From Takakia lepidozioides (Eukaryota > Plantae > Bryophyta), in contig CM060733.1 of NCBI GenBank assembly GCA_030704615.1, forward strand, positions 75,826,001 to 75,890,000: 64,000 nt of DNA, in the 5' to 3' direction. The position numbers and the translations under genes are program-made. This document shows positions 36,041 to 48,500 of this stretch, piece by piece (position 1 is the first letter of the stretch; the number at the start of each line of letters is the position of its first letter). Under the pieces are notes generated by a model. It was not told the DNA's origin and made no database searches. It was given only the letters and a program-made list of their open reading frames with translations.

Positions 36041-38639
36041 GCAATATGTGTAAGAAGAAACCACTGATACAAATCTACAGCTTACAGGCTGTCTCTATCC
36101 TCAAAATTGGCAGCACATCACCCGCTGCTATGACATATATTGCCCTAGATACACATTGCCCTAACTGCCATCCCCCAAGATGCTACCCCCACCAGACTTA
36201 TCTCACTTGGGTCCTTGCAAGGCTGACTTCCAGCTTTGACTCTGTGCGTGGGGCCTATCGGACAACATACACCAGCAAGCCCTCCCCCTATCCTGCATCA
36301 ATTCATCTCAGTCTTATCAACTGCACAATGTGTGATGGGAGTGAGTGCAACATGGGAAAGAGCCACAACACATGATCAGCTGTAGGGAAGAAGCAACATC
36401 ATGCAAGTAAAGCAAATGATGAAGCAGAAAGACGAGGCAAGATGGGAGAAGGGAAAATGGGGTCCAAGGGCTGAGAAGGTCAACTAGTCAACAATGAGGA
36501 ACTGGCTCTGGAGCACTATGCTGATGATTAAAGGGAGCAGCAAATACATGTGGGGCATCACAGCAAAGTGCATGCCAACGAGGGTCAAAATGGTGCAAGA
36601 AAGACTCCACGGATGGTGGGCAGCCAAGGGAGATGCAGTGAGACAAGGCACTCATGGCAAGGGAGCTGCCAAGACAAAATAGTTGATTAAGCTACGGAGA
36701 AAAAAGAAAGCACAAGATCAACTACGAGGAAAAGTAGCAATTCAAGCATGGGAACTGCTGCTAAGACATGAGGAGGAAGACATACGAGGTGAAGCATCAA
36801 GGGAACCAGTAGAAGATGAGGAAGATGGAGCACACTTTCTTGTCAAAGGTTGGCGGTCGAAGAATGCAACCTAGCAATCAGAAAGTGAGGCATCCGAGGC
36901 TGGACTGCTGCAAAGAGGTACAAAGACAGGAGCTGAGAATGAGATGTTGCCTTTCATTGAAGTTCCCCACACAAGGGCTGTTTGGCAAGCAAAACCCCAG
37001 GCAAGGATGAGAGGTGAATCTGGGATAAAACCAGCAGCTGGGAGTGAGGAAAGACACAAGGAAGGGCAGCAATACCTTGTCAAATCTGAGGGTGATGGCT
37101 GGAGAAAATTAAACAAGGACTGGAAGTATGGGAGCAGCAATCGCATGAAGAAAAATCTGCCTGAGAGGCTGAAGAGTGAAAGGGAGGAAGACAGGCACCT
37201 CGCTTATGAAAAGTGGAAGGGCAGGGTAGAAAACCTGATGCCTGAAATTGATGGGAGCTCGTGGGAGACTCTGCCAAGAAGACTCCAATCAGCTGTTGCC
37301 AACAATCGGACTAGTGAAAGATCGCCCTTGGCTGGTGCAACACCACGAAATAAATGCAGCCCTGATAGCATGGTGAGTGGGGCACCAACAGAGCCAGAAA
37401 ATGAGGGAGAAGGAGGAGACTTCCCTGCCAAGAAAGTCAATGACGGGCCTGCAGTGGCATGCAAGGAAAGGGACACCGTAAGTGTTGCCAACAGATGCAA
37501 ATCAGTGCTCATTCATTCGAAAGCACCACGGGAGATGAAGGAAAAAACACCTGCAGGGACGTTGAAGCATAAAAGAGGAGAGCACTTCACTTGGGAAGAA
37601 AGTGAAGCATTGGAGAACGAGGCTGATGATTGGCAGTCTGAAAAGGAAAGGCGGTTGTGGGAAACCCTGCCGAGACAACCATATGGAGAGAATCAAGCAG
37701 GTGGGAACTGCCCTTCATTGGGGTGGTGCAAACAAGAGCAAGACCAGAAGCTGAACCACATGAGAAGATAGTGTGTCATCACAGATGGAGACCCTGGGAA
37801 AATGCTCTGCCCAGGAGATGAAGAACATTAGGCAACTAGAAACGTGGGGGGCTGAATCAACCTGGCTTGTTGAATGCTTGCATAAGAGATGAGGGGTTGT
37901 TGTCAGTACACGACATTGAGTTCATCAAATCCTACAACAGCCCACCATCGCTGCCCACTGCTTACAAACTGCCACAAAAACAGTTTCACATGACTTACAG
38001 ATGATTGGTGGAAGGCAAGGCCCCTCGCCATGGGCCAGATTAATTGTATGTTGCAGCCCAGAACAACGACGGGAAGTCATCTAGGGCAACAAACCCCATC
38101 TTGGCAGCGTCTTTTGTGTGAGAGAAGTCAAACTGAACCTGCTCATCATATCGAGTGGGATGGACCAGATGTAAAGCTGCCAAGCCAACCACACTCATAT
38201 TCGCACTCAAGCAACATAAGCTAGAGCCATTTTCAGATTATGAGTACCCGTGTTTTAAGAATACTCCTTCTTCAACTTGCGGTGAACGGGCAGAAAACTT
38301 CACAATGTGCAGCAGATTAATGGACCAAGATGCGGAGCTGAATTGGGTATCCAGTTGGGCAATGCTGGTTTCAAAACCCCGTTCCATCCCTGCGTTTCGA
38401 AGATTTGGCTTGAATGGGCACACTCCGGCAGTGGAAGGCTCACGGAATAATGAGTTTGGGCTGATATGCATGCTGACATGCCATGCCGGTGCAAAGAACA
38501 ACGTTCTGAGTGGTGATTGTGATCTCAAAATCTGCCCCTGCATTCAAGCTGATTTCTCTCTCGAGCAGAGCCGCCTTGTGGATGTTCCAGCCAGTGTCCA
38601 AAAACAGCTCAAGTGCAAGACAACAACATCAGCAAGGCA

Positions 38640-38800
38640 TGGTTAGCTAAGCAAGGTCATGGTGGAGAGGCATTTGAACTCTCTGAACGTAATGTGGTCG
38701 GACTTCACCCCCTCCCACATCAACTGCTCATAGATCTCCAAAACTTGCAATCCCCGCCCCTGTTGTGCATGTCCTGCGATCATCACTTTCCACAACACCA
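38640..38800 (-). pseudogene. PPR (P-type motif) fragment; an opposite-strand PPR scrap (AKQGHGGEAFEL) abuts it
   Basis: NVVLWKVMIAGHAQQGRGLQVLEIYEQLMWEGVKSDHITF. Confidence 0.8.
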
Positions 38801-39714
38801 CATTTGCAAGCTCGGGTGAGGTCAGGGAAACAGTGCAACACATAGAACTGCTTGGCATTACAAACAGACATGCAGTGTGGTGGTTCTTTGCAATGCGCAC
38901 ACTTAAATGTGGAGTTCGGAACCTTCTCCTGAGCTCGAAATGGTTGATGAGTTGTGCCTGTCCAATCGGTCTCGTTCCTGTGACCTCTGGATTTAAAGTG
39001 GAAGCAAGTTGGGGAGAAACACCGCAACGCGCCCACACAAACAACGTAGCGCACCCGCACACCATCGAGCATCTTCATGCTGGTGGTTTTGGTAACGCAC
39101 CAAGGATGACCGTCATGTTTTCTATCCATATCTGTCAACATTCCGGACGCCCTCGAGTAGTCCGCCCGAGGAGGGAACTCAAAGAAGATATTACCGTCGA
39201 CGTCGGCGGGAAGGCATGTAACCGATTTAATTGCGAACTTGCTGTAGTCCAGCCCGGCCAGCTCCGACCGGTGTCCCTCCATATGAAGCCCTCACAGAAT
39301 TTCAAGAATAGATCGAACTGCGGTGCTCGTGCTGGGAATATGACTCCCTCCTCCACTGACGTCCATTGAGGACTTGCCTGATCTCCAGGACGACCTCGGA
39401 ACTTCCATGACCTTGTCTGAGTCGGACAGGTTGTGAACAACCCGGTTCTCGCTCGTCTTCATGGATGGGTTCGGCTCTGGATTTACTTCGTTGCGGACTT
39501 CTCTCTTTGAGGTAGCCACTCTCTGATTCGCGGATTGTTTCGTGGAAGGCGTCAGGATAGAAGGTACATTTGGCGGGCAAATGAAGTCCCCAACAGCCCT
39601 GTATATGACGCTGTTCGATGGTGGAACTCGCCATTCCCTGCCATCGCCGAAATCATCGTGGAGCACAATAATACTCTCGACAACAAGGCCGTTAGAGTCC
39701 TTCCTTTCCTCCAT
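38800..39714 (-). pseudogene. GCM/WRKY-like zinc-binding domain protein fragment, probably derived from a Mutator-like element
   Basis: LPADVDGNIFFEFPP...DGHPWCVTKT...CVGALRCFSPTC...CAHCKEPPHCMSVCNAKQFY...RAC. It is truncated before the expected HxH and joined to a PPR fragment, with a frameshift near 39290. The family call is from recall of similar bryophyte TE proteins, not from a search. Confidence 0.55.
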
Positions 39715-40465
39715 TTGGTAGTGGCAGGTTGGCCCTGCCAAGGGCATTCATCAGCCGGGCATGACAATGGATTGCGAGACTCGAGGTCGGGTCTGTTTTG
39801 GGAGATGATGCAGGTTTTGCGCCACTTACAACTTCATCAAGCTGTATCTCCAGCATACATCTTGGAGAATGTGCCACTGATGGACGATTCTCGGGCCAGG
39901 GTGATGACCAGTGTGCATCAAGTCCGGTCGTGGCTTGGGTCAGCAGTGTTGCTGGATGCAGCTGTAGTGGGGTCACGGGCTCATCGCCCACGGCTATGGT
40001 GGACTAGTCCACCTGCACTGCTCAAGCGTGCATTTAATGGGGTGCAGAGGCCAACACACCTCACAGTGGATAGCATTTTGGACACAGGGAGGCAGTCTCA
40101 GCGTGTGAGACACGATGACCGTTCACCTTTGGGAGTGGTCAATAAGGTGAGTCAACCACGAGCAACATTACCTACACTGCTTAGCTTCCCAGGATCACAT
40201 GCTTTCCGGGATAGTGGACCTGGCCTCCTGTGGGATGCTCAGTTGCAGGAGTTAGTGGAGCCTAATGCTGACGAGCGTGAGCGGGCGATGGGTTGGGACC
40301 ACGGCGGTGCCATCTCTTTCTGAGGCATCACGTCGTCAGGTGTTGGGGCAAGCGATGGATCTCAATTGCTTGACCTGGATTATCAGCTTGGCTATGGCTG
40401 AGCAACGTAGAGTGCGGAGTACACTTCCCTCGATGGTCGATCCCAATAACTCTGCCCCAGCCTAG
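39709..40465 (+). pseudogene. C5 cytosine DNA methyltransferase fragment (motifs IV-X), retrotransposon-type; N-terminally truncated with one frameshift
   Basis: LVVAGWPCQGHSSAG (motif IV, catalytic PC), LRDSRSGLF (V), YILENV (VI), LDAAVVGSRAHRPRLWWT (VII-VIII), EPNADERERAMG (IX). After a frameshift near 40290, RRQVLGQAMDLNCL (X). The fragment is intronless and motif I (FxGxG) is absent. Confidence 0.9.
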
Positions 40466-41436
40466 CTTGGCTACAACCCCCGCAACCTGACCCAAGTTTA
40501 AACAATTTATTAAATTCACAATTTGCCATGATTGATTCCATCTCTAACCCTTCGCCAACGAGGTTGGAATATGCTGGAGTTCATGGCAGCATATACATAC
40601 CGAAGCACAAATGATCTTCATTCTAACTTTCTATTACCTTTAAGACCGATTACCACTTGCCTCAGAGACATCTTTGCCAGCTATTGTTACTACCAATTTG
40701 CAAGTTTGAGTGGTCAATAGTGCTTAGTAGGTATATACTTGTATAGAGCCTACCATCGACAACATTGTGCTTGGAAGAAACTTTATAGAGTCCAGAGGAC
40801 CCAAGAACAAAGTGCCTCATGCCGATTAGCTGCCACACTTGGGTCTTCAATGCAGAAAGCTTCTGCCAGGGGTTTAAGGTGGAGATTTGAGATTTGGTGA
40901 CTACAATAAAGTGGTGGTGAGATATTATGACTTTGAGACAGTTCTCTTTTGAGGCCCAACACTGGCCTTGCACTAAAGTAGGTAGGTTGATCATTTCTGC
41001 AATAAGGTTGGGTCAATGGCCACCAAATGTTGGGGTTGTATTCTGCCAATCAAGATCAAATTGTGAAGGTAGAATGTACCCAGGTCATGTAGGTGAATGG
41101 CTCAAGGCTCCCTCGCAAGATCATCCTACTCTCTTTCTCTCCTCTAGAATCTATTTTCTCTATACCACCCAGGAAGTAGAGAATACCAACCTATCACATG
41201 TCTAATGGGATTTGTGGCAGATAGTTATTGTATCTTTACAGACTCACATGCTTCAACTTACAAAAGTAAGGTGACGCTTTCATTACATCCAGCATACAAA
41301 ATCTTTGGGACCCCTGCTGTTGTGTTGTGTTGCACTTCCTGCCATGACATAGCTTGACTCCTGCCTTTCGACCTCTTACCTATGCTCCACACATGCATCG
41401 TTCCCCAAATTCAAATACCATCATGGCGGTCCTCGT

Positions 41437-41709
41437 CAGTGTTTTTATTTCTGGCGAAATTTCGCGCTTTTTTGACCTCAAAAATCAAAATAGAATATTC
41501 TGTCGTAAATTCCCTATTTTCTCATGGATGAAATCGCCAAAATTCTCAAAAGAAATATAAATCTTGGATGAATTCGCCTAATATGGATGATATACATGGA
41601 TGAAAGTACAGTGGAGGATGATTCTGTCCAAATCTCAGTGGATGAGCAGAAAATATGGCTATTTCCTGCAAAACTCAGTAGCCAGTCAACTTGGAAAAAA
41701 AAAACACTG
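41437..41709. mobile_element. 273-bp hAT-type MITE with an 8-bp target-site duplication
   Basis: Termini are CAGTGTTTTT (41437) and AAAAACACTG (ending 41709). The flanks gtcctcgt (41429-41436) and gtcctcat (41710-41717) are 7/8 identical. Confidence 0.85.
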
Positions 41710-42457
41710 GTCCTCATGCTGGTATCGAAAGAAAAACACTAGTTGGAGGCTCTTCAGAGCTTGGTGAGGATGAGCCTGATACACGCCGAAGGGCAGATGC
41801 TCTCGCAAATGCAGATAAACATACCCAACAATCAATACCTGACTGGTCTTCTAGAGAACATATCACACCCACTCCAACACTCCCCATGTCCCTGTGAGAG
41901 CCTAGTAAAGTCTGAACTTCCATTTGCGAGGTAACCATAGATAACCATGAGATAGGTCCATCCAAAGATGAAAACAAAGGCACCAGTACAAAACATCAAG
42001 GGAAGTCACGCGGAAGAAGAACCAATAAGAAGAGGAAGGAAGCCGGAAAGAATGCTGACTTCTAACTTAAGGGTATGAGAGACATTAACTATGTCCTTTA
42101 TAAAGGCGACTCTATTAAGATAGCATTTAGCAAATTAGGACTTTGATGAACTAACCGAGAGACAATTATCAGTCTTATTATGTGATTTGCCGTGCAATCC
42201 TTAGGATCAGTTCATAGCTCTGAGTTGACGCAGAGCACTCCACTGTATCTACCGTTAGCTTTAACCTTCTGCCGTAATCTATCAAGTTGCCCAATGGTAT
42301 TTCTTCAGTTAAGGCCCCACAAAGAGAAAAAGAGAGGGAGAGGGAGAAATGTACTCATGCTGTTCCCTGCGAACATTGGCTTGCCATAGCCTTACGGCCA
42401 TTGACTCGCGGGAAACAAACCCTCTTGGCCTTTTGTGGGGTTCGCACCCCACCAGGG

Positions 42458-42527
42458 GGAGAGAGAGAGAGAGAGAGAATGTACTCATAAGACGTTGTTT
42501 GCCGTAGAGAGAGAGAGAGAGAGAGAG
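42458..42527. repeat. Two (GA)n tracts, i.e. (TC)n in the DMI1 3' UTR immediately after the stop codon
   Basis: GA runs at ~42459-42478 and ~42506-42527. Confidence 0.9.
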
Positions 42528-42532
42528 AAAAA

Positions 42533-45500
42533 CTACTCATTTTCAGCGAGGACAATAAAGACATCATTTATGGACCATTTCCGTTGTGCACCCTTGGCAG
42601 GTGGATTGATTATTGCTCGCTCCATGGACTCTAAACGGTAGCCTATAACAATTTCTTGTCGTTGCCTGGCTCGAATCATAACTTCGTAAAAGCTTAGCTC
42701 CTCCTGATCGTAGAGGTAAAACTCTGCGGGTCGAATGTACATCTCATTACCCTGTCACCCCACCCACTTACTCAGCTTCAAAATCTGGCATTCACTCACA
42801 TTATGTCCTCAAACAATGATTGTTCCTAGAGCCTTGAGAAAACATGTAGTCATGATTATTAGACGAGAAGACTGCATAGTCAGAGGTACCGGCAGGTAGA
42901 GGTGGACACTTACCTCCTCAGCAAAAAGCTCTTCTAGCACCCGATTGATTTGCTTGTCTTCTGCCACCATGGCCAGGGCCATACTCACTAGCTCATTTGA
43001 GAGCACGTAGTCACTAATCTTGGAGACCGACACCAGATTTTTAGTTCGGGAATCTAAAATTTCACTAATTATAATAGACTGGTAGGATGCTTGCTGCATT
43101 TCACGAATCCAGGTGCTTTGTGAAGAGCCTGCTTGACGGATTTGTACAGTCTTCGGTTCCCTATATGGCATGCGCTTTGACTGCCACATAACATCCAAAC
43201 ACCACCAAATCAGGCCACAATGACAAAAAGGGGAGACGTAGAGGGGGCCCTTGCCTACTTCCCCTGAAAAAGATGTACTAATTAGAGAAGAAGAAAGGAG
43301 ATTCAGAATGTCCATGAAAACCTGAAATAACCCATGGGATTATAGTGCACTACAAAGAAAAGCACTAGAACTAATTTTGCACCAAGACAGAGGGCCTCAT
43401 GACATGGAAACAGCTGTATAAGGTCCCTCAGGGCATTGAAAGACAGGCACCATATTCCCTGACATTCTATCATGCCACTCCTCACAACAACCTGAAGTTG
43501 GTGTATAAGGAGTACCTGGATGTCACGAATCAGCAAGAGTGTAGCAAGAGAGCGGGAGTCTGCATTCACCACTGAATCCTCCAGCGCCTCATCAGCTAGA
43601 ATTAAAATCTGAATGCGCCCACATAATTTATCCAGAAGAGAATCAGATTGTCGGCCTGTACTTCAAATCATCCACCCCATTCCTTGAAGTGACTGAATAA
43701 ATTAAAAGGAAGTATGTGCTCATGTATCAGTCTTCCTATATCCCAGCATGGCTTCCACATTGACACTTCAAAGGCATGACAAGACGGACTTGCAACATGA
43801 ATGAGGAACCAGCCATGAAGTTACTTGATAAGAGCAACGCCTAGTTGGTACTTTCATTTGTGGCAACAGGCCATTGGTTAGACACCACCAAGTAGGGAGG
43901 GATAAATGGAGCACCCTCGGCAAGACAGCAAATGGCGCTTGACTTGATCACTAGAATGCACTTGGAAATGAGCTGTAAACGCATGGCTTCCACACAATAG
44001 GAGGGCAAAGCCACCCGCAGTCGTCAAATCCAATTGACAAAAGACAACAATCCCTGCTTCCTATGCAATTGTAGCACCTGAATTGTTCCATCAAAGCTGG
44101 TATTTCCACATTGGCAAGTGAAAGCAACAAGCTCATACCGAATCAAAAGTTTCTAAGGGAAGAGTTTCAAGGTGGCGACGTATGACAGCATTGCCTTCCC
44201 GGTGGACCAGCTTGATGTTGACTAACTCCCAGATATTAAGGCCTCCCTCCAGTAACTTCTTCGGCCTCTCCTCCAGGGGCACTTCACTGAACATCCACAG
44301 CTCAGATCCCATGGCTAAAAACGCCTCCAATACCTGCACATGGTCATGTACATACACACTGAGTTTCTTGAGACAGACAATTGATCCCTTCACAATCTCA
44401 CTTTAGTAAGGTGTTAAGTTAAGGTATTCTTGGGCAGCCAATCCAAATCTTCAGCAATACTCCAGCATGAGATACAAAATAGATAAATAGGTGGCCACCA
44501 ACTGTCAAACCTAAGAAAGTGTGTCCCGATCGTTCTTAGGCAGTAATGAAATTGCTTTAGCAAGGGCATACCATGACCATATCATCAATATCCCGACGCC
44601 AACCGCAGAAAAGTATTTTCTCAGGAACCTTTGGGATATTCTGAACTTCAGGAAGACAACCCCTTCGCACCTGCAAAAGAGGTGGCAGCCCTACTAGGTG
44701 AGAAATTCATACATTCATCTAGTGCAAGACGCAGCTATTTTGATCGTCATATACTATCTGTTTAGACTTGTGATAGCCCAGAATGCAAGAGCATACCTCT
44801 GCAAAACTAGATATGCACACCATAATCAATGCAACCACACCAGAGATGCATCAAATAATGTAGTCTTTGAATAGAGAAACTCAGAGAGAGGGGGGGAGAG
44901 AGAGATGCAGAAAAAGAAATTTATTACATCCAGGGAGGGCCCAGAGGGCCATAGGACACTGTTTGGGGTTTAATTTCATCTGTTCTTCTGTGTAAACCAT
45001 GCCCAATACTACTAGTCAGAATTAAATTCTATACTTTGATATTTATTTGTTTATATGCATACCATTCCCCTAACTGCAACTACATGCTAAGCATATACAA
45101 AAGACTGCAGACCTCCGCAGGACGGCTGGGAGCATAGGTGTCATCATCCTCAGCAACAACCAGCAGTTCGTCACCTTCGCGCATGATGTAATCATCATCA
45201 GGGTTCAACACAATCTTGCCGTCGTTGGCCGCCACCTTTATCCCACATGGAATGGCATCAGGGAAACTGACTAACACTTCTTCGAAGCATGCACCATCGA
45301 GCTGTGGCCACCTCTTCACGTAAAATTCTGCATTGTCGAACCCCAGAATATCCTCCCATATCTGCACAGAAAAGATGTGGAATGCATGGTTTGCACTCCA
45401 GTTGTCAGCACTAGCTCAATTCTGAGCGCCTGCTAGGAGGGCATTTCCGTTTCAGATCAAAAGCAAAACTTGAAACTCGAGCCTTAGGACCATCAAGCTT

Positions 45501-48500
45501 CAGCATGGACATTACTCTCCACTCTCGTAGTCCAGATAACAGCTGTAGTGGAAGTGCACGCAGGAACTAGAAATCAAGTGTACCCTTTTGAATATTTGGA
45601 GTATACCATACACTGTTGGGGATTTTGCCAAAAGTTCCTTCACTCATGACCTCTATTGCACCTCGCACACAAAACTAGACCATACGAACACCAAACGTTA
45701 GACTACCTTTGCAATGGCAAAGGAGACCCTTTGGCTTTGAGACCACTCAGAAAATATGTAAATGGGTGATTATAACAAGGAAATGGGTGAAAGAATTTAG
45801 ACCTGGGCAAGGCCAGGTTGACGGGCACACTGGATCATAAGGCGACCTATTACATCATGTGCCACCACTGTTTCAACAAGATCCCCCCCAACAAGCTTAA
45901 CCAGCTGCTCATTATCGAGGTCACTAAGTTCCACTACGATGTGACCCCGGAGCCCCTCCTTTACACCCGTCAGGCTAAGCACCACCCGCAATGCACGTGC
46001 ATCACTCTGGCACAACAAACAGTTAGCATTTTAGTGAGACCACGGTTCACATGGGAGTATGACACTTACCCTAAAGAAACAGATGCAGAAGTTTAAAATC
46101 TAGCTCCTTTCGTAGGAGTTACAGCAGAGGCTGCAGCCAGTCTACCCTATCCCATGCATGATATGCAAATCGCTAGCCAATGGCATTCCTGATAAATCCT
46201 GCTGGAAAACATGTCTACAAGCTGAGTCATCTTTGATTTTGGATCTCAAAGTTACCTGATCAGCATTCTCAACCTCTGCAAGAACAATGATAGAACGAGC
46301 CTTGGAGACCGACACCTGACCCAACTCCCCACACACAAACAGGCTCAAGTACTTCAATGTGAGCCACGAGTGGGACTTCTACACATTGGACCCTTGGTTC
46401 TGCTGCAGGGCTACAACTTGTGGCCATAACCAGCGAGTCCCCTTCACCTGCCTTCTCCTAACACACCTCCATGCATATTGGAAAGAGAACTGATTGCCAC
46501 TGTGGACCCTGACAAGAGAGTTATTCCATATAAACAGAGCCAGCTGGGAGAATAGAGGCAAGCTCCCTCAAAAGTGTCTCCATCATTGCATAACACTCTC
46601 ATCATACACACCTTCTTGAGGTCAGCCATGATGAGGGGACTGCCGCTTCTGCATATGACTGATGTCCCCAGAAAATTGAATTCCAGTTTTGCAATGTCCA
46701 GCTCCATCTCCTCCTTCTCACGCTCCGCCAACACAACAACCACGCCTCCACCCAAGCTCTGATTGGCTATGGACAGCTGCTTTAGCAGTGACCCCTGTGC
46801 ACCAGCAGCATTCAGGCCACAGCTCAATTTACAATCGAGCACAAGACCATAGACTCACTCATCATTCACCACACCAAGAGTGGTCATGAGAGGGCGCCAG
46901 TAGTATTCCAGCACACAATTCAACTCTCCCTGCCTTTCTTTCTGCTCCGTGGGAAGTGTCCTTTTGGACACAACCTACATAAGTCCTACTTAGGGTGCTG
47001 TCTGCTTAGTTAGGACCATCCCATGCCTTTTAATTAAGGGCATAATTGTCTCAGATTACTCTTTGAAATACATCCAACATCAGGTCAACCCAAGTGCAGG
47101 TCCTACCCTGCGTTCTGGGCATCAATCACTTCCTATTAAAAGTGAGCTAACCGTAATAACCCCCACCCATCCTTGGCCCCCTAAATCAAGATCTGACTGT
47201 CCTCAGATCCAGAAGACATTTGTGTATGGTAAACAGATTTTGTGCGACGTTAAAAATAATTGACTGGAAAATAGAAATGATCGTTACCAGCTTGTCGCTC
47301 CAACCAAGGATGAGAGTGTGGTTGCTCTCAATGACTTCACTCTTGCCTTTCCGCAAAGAGTCTACCTTCTCTGAAATAGCATCCGACACAAGCCCGAGCA
47401 TGAGAGCAAATATGAGCATGCCCCCAATGCTAATACTAACAGAAACCACTCTGGGGCCCAGTCCATTACTGTCAGCATGGTTCCCTGCGTCTGCCACATA
47501 GGTCCATGCACGCCACAAGGCTTCAGCTAAGCTCTCCCCGCTCACACCAAAGAGCGCAATCCCGCCAACCGCAATGAGCAAAAAAGTTGCCAGTAAAAGA
47601 GCCAGAGGCTTCACAAATGTGTGGGTTGAAAAGAGAACGTCAACTTGGTACGCCAGCCGCTTGCTCAAGGGCACTTCCTCATCAGCACTTCGTCCATCTT
47701 GATCTCGAAAATTTCCAGCACGTATACTCCTGCCACTGAGCCTTGGGATCTCATCTAGGTACTCCATGAAGAGAAATGGAGTCGCTAAAACAAAGAGTGT
47801 TGCAAATAAAGCGAAATTGCGGATGCCCCTTTCCGAAGGAGCTTTCAAGTTGTCCTCCAATTCTTTGTCTTGAACTTCAAATCTTTCCCTCAAATGGTAC
47901 AGGTCGGCTTTGCCACATCCATTGGCCTTCTCTTGTAGACTCTGCAGTTCTTTCTGCAATGGAAAAATAACAAACAAACCAATTAATATACTGGGCAAGT
48001 GTCCACTGGGAATCCAGAGTTCTCTTTTCCTCCACATCCTCAATACTCAACAAAATGGGCAATATATATGTATGTGATTCAAGGAAACATGTTCTTTATG
48101 GGACTAGCCTATTAGGTGACAAGAGAAATGTGTGCGGGGTTGCAAAACCTCTGACTCTTACTCTTCTGCAACTGCAATAGGAGAGTAAAAACAATGCCAA
48201 CATTCCTTGCAAAGTACAACCAAAGAAACAACAATCTTGGTTGGAGAGATGATGAACGCATTGAATGTTGAGACAGACATGATTGACACATACCTCTAAG
48301 AACATGACCTGCACCTGCATGGCCCAGGCATACAGCAGGGCTAAGATGCACACTGCCAGTATCTGCACTCACAGACAATCACAAGCTGCTGCTCATCAAA
48401 TGAACCCCATTCCTGAGCAAAGCTAATCGAGTGATTTACTTTTCTTGCCAGTTTGGCAACATGTGCCACTTCCTCAGCTTCAAATTACTGGAGGCACAAG

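Noticed and set aside
40550-42150. Possible LINE ORF1 remnant hosting the hAT MITE
   Set aside because: Only a vague basic, low-complexity character; no recognisable RRM, zinc knuckle or endonuclease motif.
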